Part shown: positions 27,346 to 35,543 of the stretch, piece by piece | Layout: every line of letters starts with the position of its first letter | Numbering within the stretch: the first letter of the stretch is position 1 | Assembly (NCBI GenBank): GCA_041653115.1 | Contig: JBAZGA010000008.1 | Coordinates: 1 to 60,514, forward strand | DNA length: 60,514 bases | DNA from: Candidatus Omnitrophota bacterium | Lineage (GTDB): Bacteria > Omnitrophota > Gorgyraeia > Gygaellales > Profunditerraquicolaceae | Direction of reading: 5' to 3' | Notes under the pieces: model-generated | Database searches by the model: none | Seen by the model: only the letters and a program-made list of their open reading frames with translations | Told to the model about the DNA's origin: nothing | Position numbers and translations under genes: made by a program

Positions 27346-27786
27346 ATGGGTCATACATGTAATTCGATAATCATCAATGCTCCTTACGATAAGGTCTTTG
27401 ATATTTCTAATGATATCCCGCGCTGGACAGAATTATTCGGCACGGAATATCAGAAGGCAGAAGTATTGGAAAAGAAAGACAATAAGATTACTTTCCGCCT
27501 GACCGATGAAGAAGGCAAGTCCTGGGTCTCCCGGCGGCTTTTGTTCAAGGATAAATACCTTGCTTATGCCCAGCGCCACGAGCCGCTCTTTCCCTTCAAA
27601 TACATGAAAATTATTTGGCTTTATACGCCAAAAGGCCAAGGCGTAGAGTTGGCATGGATTCAACACTTTGAAATGGATGAAAAAGCCAAGTTCAATGACC
27701 AGCAGGTTGAAGGTTTTATCAATCAGGGCTCGCAGCATAACCTGAAAATTTTCAAAGCGATTATTGAAAAAGAAGCAGGCAAGTGA
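27346..27786 (+). CDS. Monodomain aromatase/cyclase (TcmN/WhiE-ORFVI/ZhuI type, SRPBCC fold)
   Basis: HTCNSIIINAPYDKVFDISNDIPRWTELF-TEY, WVSRR, YAQRH, PFKYMKIIW, WIQHFEM align by eye with the TcmN ARO/CYC domain. Confidence 0.88.
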   Translation: MGHTCNSIIINAPYDKVFDISNDIPRWTELFGTEYQKAEVLEKKDNKITFRLTDEEGKSWVSRRLLFKDKYLAYAQRHEPLFPFKYMKIIWLYTPKGQGVELAWIQHFEMDEKAKFNDQQVEGFINQGSQHNLKIFKAIIEKEAGK

Positions 27787-28907
27787 AGAAATCCACTTTT
27801 ATCATTCTTTGCCTCGAGGGAGCAGTGCTTTCTTTTAATGTAGCTGCCTGCGCTGCTCTAATTCCTTCGATTGCCGCTGATTTTGCTCTTTCCCAGCTTT
27901 TTGTCGGCAGGATTACCTGGGTTTATATGCTCCCCTACGGCCTTGCCGCGCTCTTCTACGGCCCCCTGGTGCGGCTGATTGATGCTAAAAAGGTAGAGTT
28001 GCTTTGCCTGAGCTTATTTTCATTGGCTAATCTTTTGGCAGCTTTCTCTAAAAGCATCTCTGCTCTTTTTTTCGCCAGGTTTATGATGGGCCTCTTTGGC
28101 GCGTCGGTTATACCGCTGGGGATTATATTGATTGCCAGGCATGTGGAAGAGCAGAAGCGCGGTAAGTCTATCGGGATTTTTTTCGGGGCAACCTTTGCCG
28201 CATCGCTTTTAGGGCTGTTCTTAAGCGGCATCATCCATTGGCGCCTGATTTTTCTTATCCCCGGGCTCTTTGGCTTTTTCTTATGCGCGGTAATATACTT
28301 ATATCTACCCAGCTTTAAGCGGGACACCGGAGTATTTAAGCTGAATTATTTGCCGGCGCTTGGCAATAAGAGCTTCTTAGCGATATTTATCTATATCTTC
28401 TTTATCAGCCTGATTTATCACGGCGTACAGCAGTGGCTGGCAGTCTATTTTTCCACGAGCTTTGGATTTACCCAGCTTTTGATCAGCGGCCTGATTACGC
28501 TGACCAGTTTAAGCGGAATTTTCGGGGAATTTTTTGGCGGGGCATTGGCAGATTCCCTGGGCAGGGTAAAGACCATCAATTTAGGGATTTTACTGATGAT
28601 TTTAAGCATTCTCTCTCTGGGTTTTAAGTCTCCGCTTTTTGTGCTGATACCAATAATGATTGCCTGGGGCCTGGGCTGGACTTTTAACCACGCCGGGCTC
28701 TCCACGATGCTTACGGATTTACCGCAGGGTTTCTTGAATGAAGCAGCCAGCTTAAACAGCGGGGTGCGTTTTATCTCCGGAGGCCTGGGCGTAGCTATCG
28801 GCGGTATCTTTATCCAGAAGAGTTTTGTTTTTAGTTTTATTATTTTCGCCCTGGGTTTAAGCGCCCTGTTTTTATTGGAAAGAAAATTATTGATCGCAAA
28901 AAGTTAA
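27783..28907 (+). CDS. MFS transporter (probable product exporter)
   Basis: About 12 hydrophobic helices, FFARFMMG, GALADSLGR; GTGA overlap with the aromatase. Confidence 0.88.
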   Translation: MKKSTFIILCLEGAVLSFNVAACAALIPSIAADFALSQLFVGRITWVYMLPYGLAALFYGPLVRLIDAKKVELLCLSLFSLANLLAAFSKSISALFFARFMMGLFGASVIPLGIILIARHVEEQKRGKSIGIFFGATFAASLLGLFLSGIIHWRLIFLIPGLFGFFLCAVIYLYLPSFKRDTGVFKLNYLPALGNKSFLAIFIYIFFISLIYHGVQQWLAVYFSTSFGFTQLLISGLITLTSLSGIFGEFFGGALADSLGRVKTINLGILLMILSILSLGFKSPLFVLIPIMIAWGLGWTFNHAGLSTMLTDLPQGFLNEAASLNSGVRFISGGLGVAIGGIFIQKSFVFSFIIFALGLSALFLLERKLLIAKS

Positions 28908-28981
28908 TCCTCGCACAAGATGGGAGACGGAGGATCAATTTTCGGACGAGTGATAGCGGTAAAATTGAGGAGGGTAAGAAG

Positions 28982-29758
28982 ATGAGCCAGGATTTAAAAG
29001 GGAAAAGCGCGATTATTACGGGAGCCAGCCGCGGAATAGGTAAAGCCATTGCCTCTACCTGCGCCAGTTTAGGGATTAATTTGACGATTGCCGCGCGCCA
29101 GGAAGGGCCGTTAAAAGAAGCTGCCGATGAGATTGCCAAAAAATATAAAGTCCAGGTTCTGCCTCTGGTTTGCGATGTCTCAAAGCTGGAAGATTTAGAG
29201 AATCTGGTCAATAAAACCAGGGAAAAGTTCGGCAAAATCGATATTCTGATTAATAATGCCGGAGTCTCCAGCCAGTATCCGTTCCCCGAGCAGCCAATGG
29301 AAGACATCGAAAAATTAGCCCACACCAATTACCTGGGTTATGTGCGTTTAATCCGCTTAGTGATTAATGAGATGATTAAAAATAAGTCCGGCGCCATCAT
29401 TAACATGGTCTCCGGCTCAACGCTCTGCGACCCCCTGCCGCGCAATTTCCTCGTTTATAGCTCTTTAAAAGTAGGCTTACGCTCCTTTTTAAAAGGGCTC
29501 TTCTGGGAGATCCGCGACCACGGGATTAAAATTACTTCGCTTTTGCCTGGCGTAACGGATACCGACCTCACCGGAAAGTTAAAAGAAGTCACTACGGATA
29601 CTTCGCGCTTGATGACTACCGAAGCGATTGAAAACGCGGTGAAGTTTGCCTTGACTGTGCCGGCAAATGTTTGCCCGTTAGAAATCGCGATTATCAATCA
29701 GCAGACGCCCTGGACTGCGCCGGTTATTCCCTTTAAGCAAACGCATCCGCAGAAATAG
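28982..29758 (+). CDS. Short-chain dehydrogenase/reductase (possible ketoreductase)
   Basis: TGASRGIG, INNAG, YSSLK (YxxxK). Confidence 0.9.
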   Translation: MSQDLKGKSAIITGASRGIGKAIASTCASLGINLTIAARQEGPLKEAADEIAKKYKVQVLPLVCDVSKLEDLENLVNKTREKFGKIDILINNAGVSSQYPFPEQPMEDIEKLAHTNYLGYVRLIRLVINEMIKNKSGAIINMVSGSTLCDPLPRNFLVYSSLKVGLRSFLKGLFWEIRDHGIKITSLLPGVTDTDLTGKLKEVTTDTSRLMTTEAIENAVKFALTVPANVCPLEIAIINQQTPWTAPVIPFKQTHPQK

Positions 29759-29760
29759 TT

Positions 29761-30150
29761 ATGGATAAGCAGGAGATTAAAAACTTAAAGAAACGCTATC
29801 TTATCTGGTTCTATAAGACCAGCAAAGAGGCGCTGGATAAAATTGAGCGCAAATTTACCCAGGCGGAAATCGATAAATTTATCCTCAAAGAGCTGCGTAA
29901 ACAAAGCAAGCCGGAATTAGAGAAGTTCATTCTTGATTTTGAAACTTACATTACCGATAAAGAAAAGGCCGGCCAGGAATTAAAATATGAAAACGGTAAA
30001 TTAAAGCCGGATTACCAGTTTTTAGTCTTCAAATTAGCGGCAATTGAAAAAGCGATTTCTAAAGAGCTCGGTAAAAAGGCCTTAGATGAAATCAAGGCGC
30101 TCTATGAAATGGAGATGGCCGAGCGGATCTTAAAAAGCACGGAGCACTGA
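29761..30150 (+). CDS. Hypothetical helical protein
   Basis: Coupled between the SDR and the amidohydrolase (TGATG overlap); no recognised motif. Confidence 0.7.
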   Translation: MDKQEIKNLKKRYLIWFYKTSKEALDKIERKFTQAEIDKFILKELRKQSKPELEKFILDFETYITDKEKAGQELKYENGKLKPDYQFLVFKLAAIEKAISKELGKKALDEIKALYEMEMAERILKSTEH

Positions 30151-31061
30151 TGATTATAGACAGTCATAGCCACTGGTTACCAAAAGAAATCATTGAGAAT
30201 GCCCACTTCTTCCATAAGGGCTGGGGGGATCTGGAGGCGCAGATAAAAATGATGACTGAAGCCGGCATTGACAAAGCAGTCCTGTCATACCCGACTTCTG
30301 ACGCGCACCTGAAGCTGGGCAGTATCAGCTTAACCAGCCGCATTTACAATGACTATGTAGCAAAGCTTTGCCGGCACCATGCGGATAAGTTTATTGGCGC
30401 GGCAGTCTTGCCGGTAGATAGTAATGAGGAGCTGATTGGTGAGTTTAAGCGTGTTACAGGAGAGCTGGGGTTTAAGGCGCTCTCTCTGGCTACCAGCTAT
30501 AACGGCAAATACCTTGATGACGCGATATTTTTACCTATATATAAAGTAGCGCAGGAGAAGAATATCCCGATTTTTGTGCATTCACAGATTGTGCACCCGA
30601 TCGGCTCGGAGCGCGTGCAGGACCCGCTTTTAACGCCGGTAATCGAATATGTCTTTGATACGACGATTTGTATCGGCAAGCTCTTGATGTCGGGAGTCTT
30701 GAAGGATTATCCGGATCTGAAGTTTATCTTTGCCAGTTTTGGCGGCGCGATTCCTTATTTGCAGCACCGCTTTGATGCTACTTATCAGATGCTGCGGGGG
30801 ATGAATTTTGTCAAAGACCTGGGCAAAAACCCCACGGAATACCTGAAGCATATTTATGTGGATACCGGAGGCGATAAGACCAGGGCGAATTATCAGCTGG
30901 CTTTGGAATTCCTGGGGCCGGAGCATATTCTCTGGGGCTCGGATTGGCCGGCGAAAAAAGATGTCGCAGGCGGCATTGCCGCGGTAAAAGATTTGGATAT
31001 TAGCGAAGCAGATAAAAATAACATTTTAGGCGGGAACATCGCCCGAATTTTAGCTCTTTAA
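30150..31061 (+). CDS. Amidohydrolase_2 family protein (ACMSD / aromatic-acid decarboxylase-like)
   Basis: IIDSHSH, PIFVH, FGGAIPY, YVDT, ILWGSDWP, ILGGNIARIL. Confidence 0.85.
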   Translation: MIIDSHSHWLPKEIIENAHFFHKGWGDLEAQIKMMTEAGIDKAVLSYPTSDAHLKLGSISLTSRIYNDYVAKLCRHHADKFIGAAVLPVDSNEELIGEFKRVTGELGFKALSLATSYNGKYLDDAIFLPIYKVAQEKNIPIFVHSQIVHPIGSERVQDPLLTPVIEYVFDTTICIGKLLMSGVLKDYPDLKFIFASFGGAIPYLQHRFDATYQMLRGMNFVKDLGKNPTEYLKHIYVDTGGDKTRANYQLALEFLGPEHILWGSDWPAKKDVAGGIAAVKDLDISEADKNNILGGNIARILAL

Positions 31062-31083
31062 CAAGTTACAGGGACTATCTCTG

Positions 31084-31270
31084 AAAAGAACTGTTTTGCG
31101 TGTGCCGAGGCATGTTTCTCGCAGCACCGCTCCATTTTCCCCACCGAGGAAAATGTCGCTTCGAGTTTGCGCTCGCTCGCCCCTGCCCTGTATTAGCGTG
31201 GGCACCGTGGCCGCTCGCACAAACTAGATGCTGCTCAAAGCACGCCCCGTCCCCCGCAAAAAGAGTTTCT
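31084..31270. repeat. About 185-nt multi-stem palindromic element (MITE/REP-like)
   Basis: TTTTGCG 31094-31100/CGCAAAA 31255-31261; CAGCA/TGCTG; CATTTTCC 31133-31140/GGAAAATG 31148-31155; AGTTTG/CAAACT; TGCCC/GGGCA; many CTCG/TTCG motifs. Confidence 0.6.
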
Positions 31271-31290
31271 TTAAAGCAAGGAGTCGAAAA

Positions 31291-31794
31291 ATGGAGTTTA
31301 TAAAATGGTTAATAGGAACTTCTCTTTTTGGCGCAGTAATTGGATTTTTCTTAGGTAAATTTGGTACTATTTGGGATGATAAAAGAAAAGAGAAAGGCGA
31401 GAGTTCCCAATTGTTTAGGAATTTGCTTCAAGAAATTGGGAACAATAGATTTAAGTGCCAGGCTATTATTCAAGGTAGGGACGCTGTGTATTTTGAAGTT
31501 TACTCATGGGATGTCTTAAGATTAAGTAAATATTTTTCTCTTTTAACTTCCGATAGAAGCCTTGTCGATGATTTATACAATCTCTATTTTTCAATTTATC
31601 AAGCTAATATTAGAGTAGGAGGCGTTCTATCAGCAATAGATAGCCAGATTAGAACGGCAACTATAAATACGAATATGGCAAGTACTACTACTCAAGTATT
31701 AAGAGATTTTCTTAATGTGGTCTTGTTACCACGATTAAATATTTTAGAAGGCAATCTCTCGACTTTTTTAAGGGAACGTAAAATAATTAAGTAG
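31291..31794 (+). CDS. AT-rich hypothetical protein with N-terminal TM helix
   Basis: ATG at 31291 after AAGGAG preferred over 31228; visibly more AT-rich than its neighbours. Confidence 0.7.
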   Translation: MEFIKWLIGTSLFGAVIGFFLGKFGTIWDDKRKEKGESSQLFRNLLQEIGNNRFKCQAIIQGRDAVYFEVYSWDVLRLSKYFSLLTSDRSLVDDLYNLYFSIYQANIRVGGVLSAIDSQIRTATINTNMASTTTQVLRDFLNVVLLPRLNILEGNLSTFLRERKIIK

Positions 31795-31877
31795 TAAAAC
31801 TATAAAATAGGGGACGGTTCAGTTTTAGCGGGTGGCGGGGATTGGTTTCGAGCAGCATTTAGAAAATTCGAACGGGG

Positions 31878-32339
31878 ATGAAAAAGTCACAGCTAATTAT
31901 GGTTTGGTTTCTGCCGGTTATTGTCATCGGCGGGTTATTTTATCCGCTATTAGGGTATCTGGTGGTGGCAATGATGGCGGTATTTTTGACATTGGCGTTT
32001 TTCAGAGGCAGGTATTGGTGCTGGAACTTATGCCCGCGCGGCGCTTTCTTGGATATGGTGATGTCAAGGGTGAGCCTGAAAAAGCCCCTGCCAGGAACTT
32101 TTCTCAAAGAATGGTTCCGCTGGCTGGTATTCATTTTATTCATCAGCTTCCTTGCCTTTCGGATTATCAGGGCAGGCGGGAGCATAATTGCCATCGGCGC
32201 GGTTTTTGTGGGAATGTGCATATTAACAACCGTGATTTCCATGATTTTGGGAGTTATAGCCAAGCATCGGAGCTGGTGCGCGATTTGCCCGATGGGAATG
32301 CTGCAGGATAAAATTGGCAAGTTAAATAAAAAAGCTTAA
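31878..32339 (+). CDS. Small membrane 4Fe-4S-binding protein (NapH/MauN-like CxxxCP motifs)
   Basis: GRYWCWNLCPRGAF and RSWCAICPMG between TM helices. Confidence 0.8.
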   Translation: MKKSQLIMVWFLPVIVIGGLFYPLLGYLVVAMMAVFLTLAFFRGRYWCWNLCPRGAFLDMVMSRVSLKKPLPGTFLKEWFRWLVFILFISFLAFRIIRAGGSIIAIGAVFVGMCILTTVISMILGVIAKHRSWCAICPMGMLQDKIGKLNKKA

Positions 32340-32354
32340 AAGGAGCCGGAGCTT

Positions 32355-32825
32355 GTGAAGAAATTATTTTTATTGCTAATAGGGTTTTTTTGGATAATTT
32401 CTTTTAGCAATACTTGGGCAGCGGAAACAGAAACGAAGATTATTCTTTGTATCGGCGGATGGCAAAGTCCGTCAACTAAAGTTGTAATTAAGGGTAACCT
32501 TGTTAAATATGAAAAGGAATATGTCTGGTCAACTTTTGCAAAAGAAACAGAGACTTTTACAGTTTCGGATAAAGAAATACAAAATTTCATCGATAAGCTT
32601 GAAAAAATCGGGATTATAAAGAAAAAAAGAAAAAATGAACCCGAGCCGCAGGACGGCGATTATTGGAGTATCTATATAAAGTACAATGGTTTAGAAATAA
32701 ACAGCGATAGTGATAATGCATATCTTGGAGATTATTATGCATATCTGAAAGCGGTTAAAACATTAATCGGAAACCGGACTTTCCAGGTAATTAAAGAGGA
32801 TAAAAGGGACGATTCGAAATATTAG
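32355..32825 (+). CDS. AT-rich secreted hypothetical protein
   Basis: Signal peptide MKKLFLLLIGFFWIISFSNTWA; AT-rich. Confidence 0.7.
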   Translation: MKKLFLLLIGFFWIISFSNTWAAETETKIILCIGGWQSPSTKVVIKGNLVKYEKEYVWSTFAKETETFTVSDKEIQNFIDKLEKIGIIKKKRKNEPEPQDGDYWSIYIKYNGLEINSDSDNAYLGDYYAYLKAVKTLIGNRTFQVIKEDKRDDSKY

Positions 32826-32867
32826 AGCCGAGGCTGGCTCTGGCCCCGTAAAAAGAGGAGCAAGCTA

Positions 32868-33617
32868 ATGCAGATGCATAAAGAAGTACATTTGACCGGC
32901 AAAGACCTGACCCAGATGGTGCAATTGCGGCCGCAGGATGTGGGTAAATACGCGATTGTGCCTGGTCCAAAGGACAGGCTGGATGTCTTGATGAAGAAAC
33001 TCGAAAATCCAATGAAGAATTTTTCCTTTATGGAATATACGATGTATACCGGAATCTATCAGGGGATAAAAATCACCGCGATTAACGGCGGCAGATTTTC
33101 TACGGATACTTCGATTACCACGGAAGTAATGTGCAATGCCGGCATCCAGGATATTATCCGCATCGGTACTTGCGGCGCGCTGGATGAGAAGATTAAAGTC
33201 GGCGATTTAATCGTCGTGGATAAAGTCATCCGCGGAGACGGAGTCACGCCTTATTATGTGGATAAGAATTTTGAGACCAAGGCCGATAAGAAGCTCGCTG
33301 ATACCTTATATGAAGTGGCTAAAGGCATGGGAATAACTGTACACCGCGGCACTACCTGGACTACGGATGCGCTTTTACGCGAAACCCGGGAAATCGTGGA
33401 AGCCAAGCGTAAAGAAGGCGCGATTGCCGTGGATATGGTCTCCTCAACACTCCTGACCATTTGCCAGACCTACAATATCAGGGCCGGCTCAATCCTGGCA
33501 GTAAGCGATAATGTAATTACCGGGGAAATGGGCTTTATGAATCCGCTTTATTATATGGCAGAGGCACATTTAATCAGCATTGCCTTGGAAACCGTGAAAA
33601 AATTAGACGGGGTATGA
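32868..33617 (+). CDS. Nucleoside phosphorylase (PNP/UDP family)
   Basis: IVPGPKDR, IIRIGTCGAL, HRGTTWTTDALLRET, AVDMVSS, AVSDN. Confidence 0.9.
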   Translation: MQMHKEVHLTGKDLTQMVQLRPQDVGKYAIVPGPKDRLDVLMKKLENPMKNFSFMEYTMYTGIYQGIKITAINGGRFSTDTSITTEVMCNAGIQDIIRIGTCGALDEKIKVGDLIVVDKVIRGDGVTPYYVDKNFETKADKKLADTLYEVAKGMGITVHRGTTWTTDALLRETREIVEAKRKEGAIAVDMVSSTLLTICQTYNIRAGSILAVSDNVITGEMGFMNPLYYMAEAHLISIALETVKKLDGV

Positions 33618-34540
33618 TGAGATTTTCGCCGCTATTCTGGCCGGTAGAATTAAAAGGCCGGACAATTTATATTCTTGATGAGACTCTGCTGCCGCATAAG
33701 GTAAAGCATATCCAGGCCAGAAATTATCAGCAAGCAGTGACGGCAATCAAACAGATGAAGACGCGCGCAGTAGGTCAAGTGCTTTTAGTAATGTACACAT
33801 TCCTGCTGGAAGCTAAGAAAAATCATTCCCTGGCGCATTTAAAAAAAGTTGCTCATGCATTCTGCGCCAGCCGGCCAACGCTCTCTTTTCGCTCTCTGAC
33901 CGAAATGGTCTTAGCTTGGGCAAAACAGGGAGCGCCTTTAGAAAAATATATCTTTGGTTTTTTAGAGATACTAAAAGAAAAACGCATCCAGCAGGCTAAG
34001 CAAGCCGCAAAATTAATTAAAAATAATGACGTCATCCTGACGCATTGCAATATCAGCGGACAGATGCCTTTAATCGCCGATTTCTGCCGAAAGGATAAGA
34101 AAAAAATCAGTTTTTTTGTCACCGAGACCCGGCCATATTTACAGGGAGCGCGTTTAACTGCCTGGGAATTGAGACGCCAGGGATTTGCAGTGACCTTGAT
34201 TACGGATAATATGGTGGCAGCAGTGATGTCACAGGGAAAAGTGGATAAGGTGATTGTCGGCGCGGATAACCTGGCGCAAAACGGCGATATTGCCAATAAG
34301 GTCGGCACATACCAGATTGCGGTAGTCGCCAGGCATTTTCATATCCCTTTTTATGTGCTCTGCCCGCCGAAATCCGGAGCCAAGAGCGGCGCTGAAATTA
34401 AAATTGAGATGCGTCCGGAAAAGGAAATGCTTTACTTTGACGGACGGCTGATTGCCGCTAAAGGAGTAAGGGGTTATTATCCGGCATTTGACATTACCCC
34501 GCGTAATTTAATTACCCGGCACATTTATTTAGAGGTCTAA
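33614..34540 (+). CDS. mtnA: MtnA-like 5-substituted-ribose-1-phosphate isomerase
   Basis: ILDETLLP, SRPT, ILTHCN, ETRPYLQGARLTAWEL, VGADNLAQNGDIANKVGTY, YPAFDITP. Confidence 0.9.
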   Translation: MMRFSPLFWPVELKGRTIYILDETLLPHKVKHIQARNYQQAVTAIKQMKTRAVGQVLLVMYTFLLEAKKNHSLAHLKKVAHAFCASRPTLSFRSLTEMVLAWAKQGAPLEKYIFGFLEILKEKRIQQAKQAAKLIKNNDVILTHCNISGQMPLIADFCRKDKKKISFFVTETRPYLQGARLTAWELRRQGFAVTLITDNMVAAVMSQGKVDKVIVGADNLAQNGDIANKVGTYQIAVVARHFHIPFYVLCPPKSGAKSGAEIKIEMRPEKEMLYFDGRLIAAKGVRGYYPAFDITPRNLITRHIYLEV

Positions 34541-34541
34541 G

Positions 34542-35543
34542 ATGATATTCGCTAAAGAGAGAAAATTAAGAAAAGAAATGATTGAAATCGGTAAGAGATT
34601 GTATGCTTTACGACTGGTCGCCGCGTCAGGCGGAAACTTAAGCGCCAGGATAGATGAAAGGAATATCCTGGTAACGGCTACGGCTACGGAATTGGGAAAT
34701 TTAAAGTCCGACGATATTATCAGGGTTAATTTAGATAAAGAGACGGATTTAAAAAATCAGCAGCTGACCACGGAATTTCCTTTGCACCGGATGATCTATG
34801 AAAATTTGCCGGCCCGGATTGTAATCCACTGTCATCCGGCTTTAAGCAATGCCTATTTCGCGGTTTATCCCGACTTAAAAGTGCTTACCTTTGAAAGCAA
34901 GCTGCACTTAGGCAATATCCCGGTGATAGAGCAGGATACGCCGGCAGTAAGCAAGCCGGATTTAGTCGTTGCTGCCTTAAATACGAATAATTTAGTGGTG
35001 CTCAAGAATCACGGGGTAGTTAGTCTCGGCAATACCTTTCAGGAGGCGTTTAACTTAGTGGAAACTTTAGAAGAAGCAGTCAGGACTGTGGCCACGGCGC
35101 GGCTCTTTAAGAAAGAAATCGTGGATGATTTAGATAAAGAATTAAAAGCCAGCTTAAAGAGCCAGGAGGCTTATGAGATGTTCTCTACCGAGCATATCCA
35201 GGCGATTGTTGACCTGGCGAATCAGGATGAATTTATTGCTCAAAAAGGCCGGGAATTGGATTTGACCATGGAATATGCGATTAAGCTGGACGGCACAGGC
35301 AAGGCGCATAAATTCACCTTTGAAAAAGGGGAAATTACCAAATTAGAACCCGGCGAGAATGCCCAATTTGTGGCTTCAGCTCCGGCAGAGGTCTGGAAAA
35401 TGATATTTTTAGGAAAACTTGACCCCTTTGTAGCGACAATGCAGGGAAAGATGAAATTAAAAGGCGAATTAGGCAAGCTCTCGCGCTGGTACGTTCCTTT
35501 TAGCCGCCTTTTCGAACTCTTTAAGCAGGTTAAAATCAAATGA
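34542..35543 (+). CDS. Class II aldolase (FucA/Ald2 type) fused to a C-terminal SCP2 lipid-binding domain
   Basis: GGNLSAR, TTEFPLH, IHCHP, LKNHGV; C-terminal VWKMIFLGKLDPFVATMQGKMKLKG is a typical SCP2 signature. Confidence 0.85.
   Translation: MIFAKERKLRKEMIEIGKRLYALRLVAASGGNLSARIDERNILVTATATELGNLKSDDIIRVNLDKETDLKNQQLTTEFPLHRMIYENLPARIVIHCHPALSNAYFAVYPDLKVLTFESKLHLGNIPVIEQDTPAVSKPDLVVAALNTNNLVVLKNHGVVSLGNTFQEAFNLVETLEEAVRTVATARLFKKEIVDDLDKELKASLKSQEAYEMFSTEHIQAIVDLANQDEFIAQKGRELDLTMEYAIKLDGTGKAHKFTFEKGEITKLEPGENAQFVASAPAEVWKMIFLGKLDPFVATMQGKMKLKGELGKLSRWYVPFSRLFELFKQVKIK

Noticed and set aside
31100-31303. 67-aa ORF and the N-terminal extension of the 31228 ORF
   Set aside because: Both lie inside the palindromic element; a good RBS supports ATG 31291 instead.
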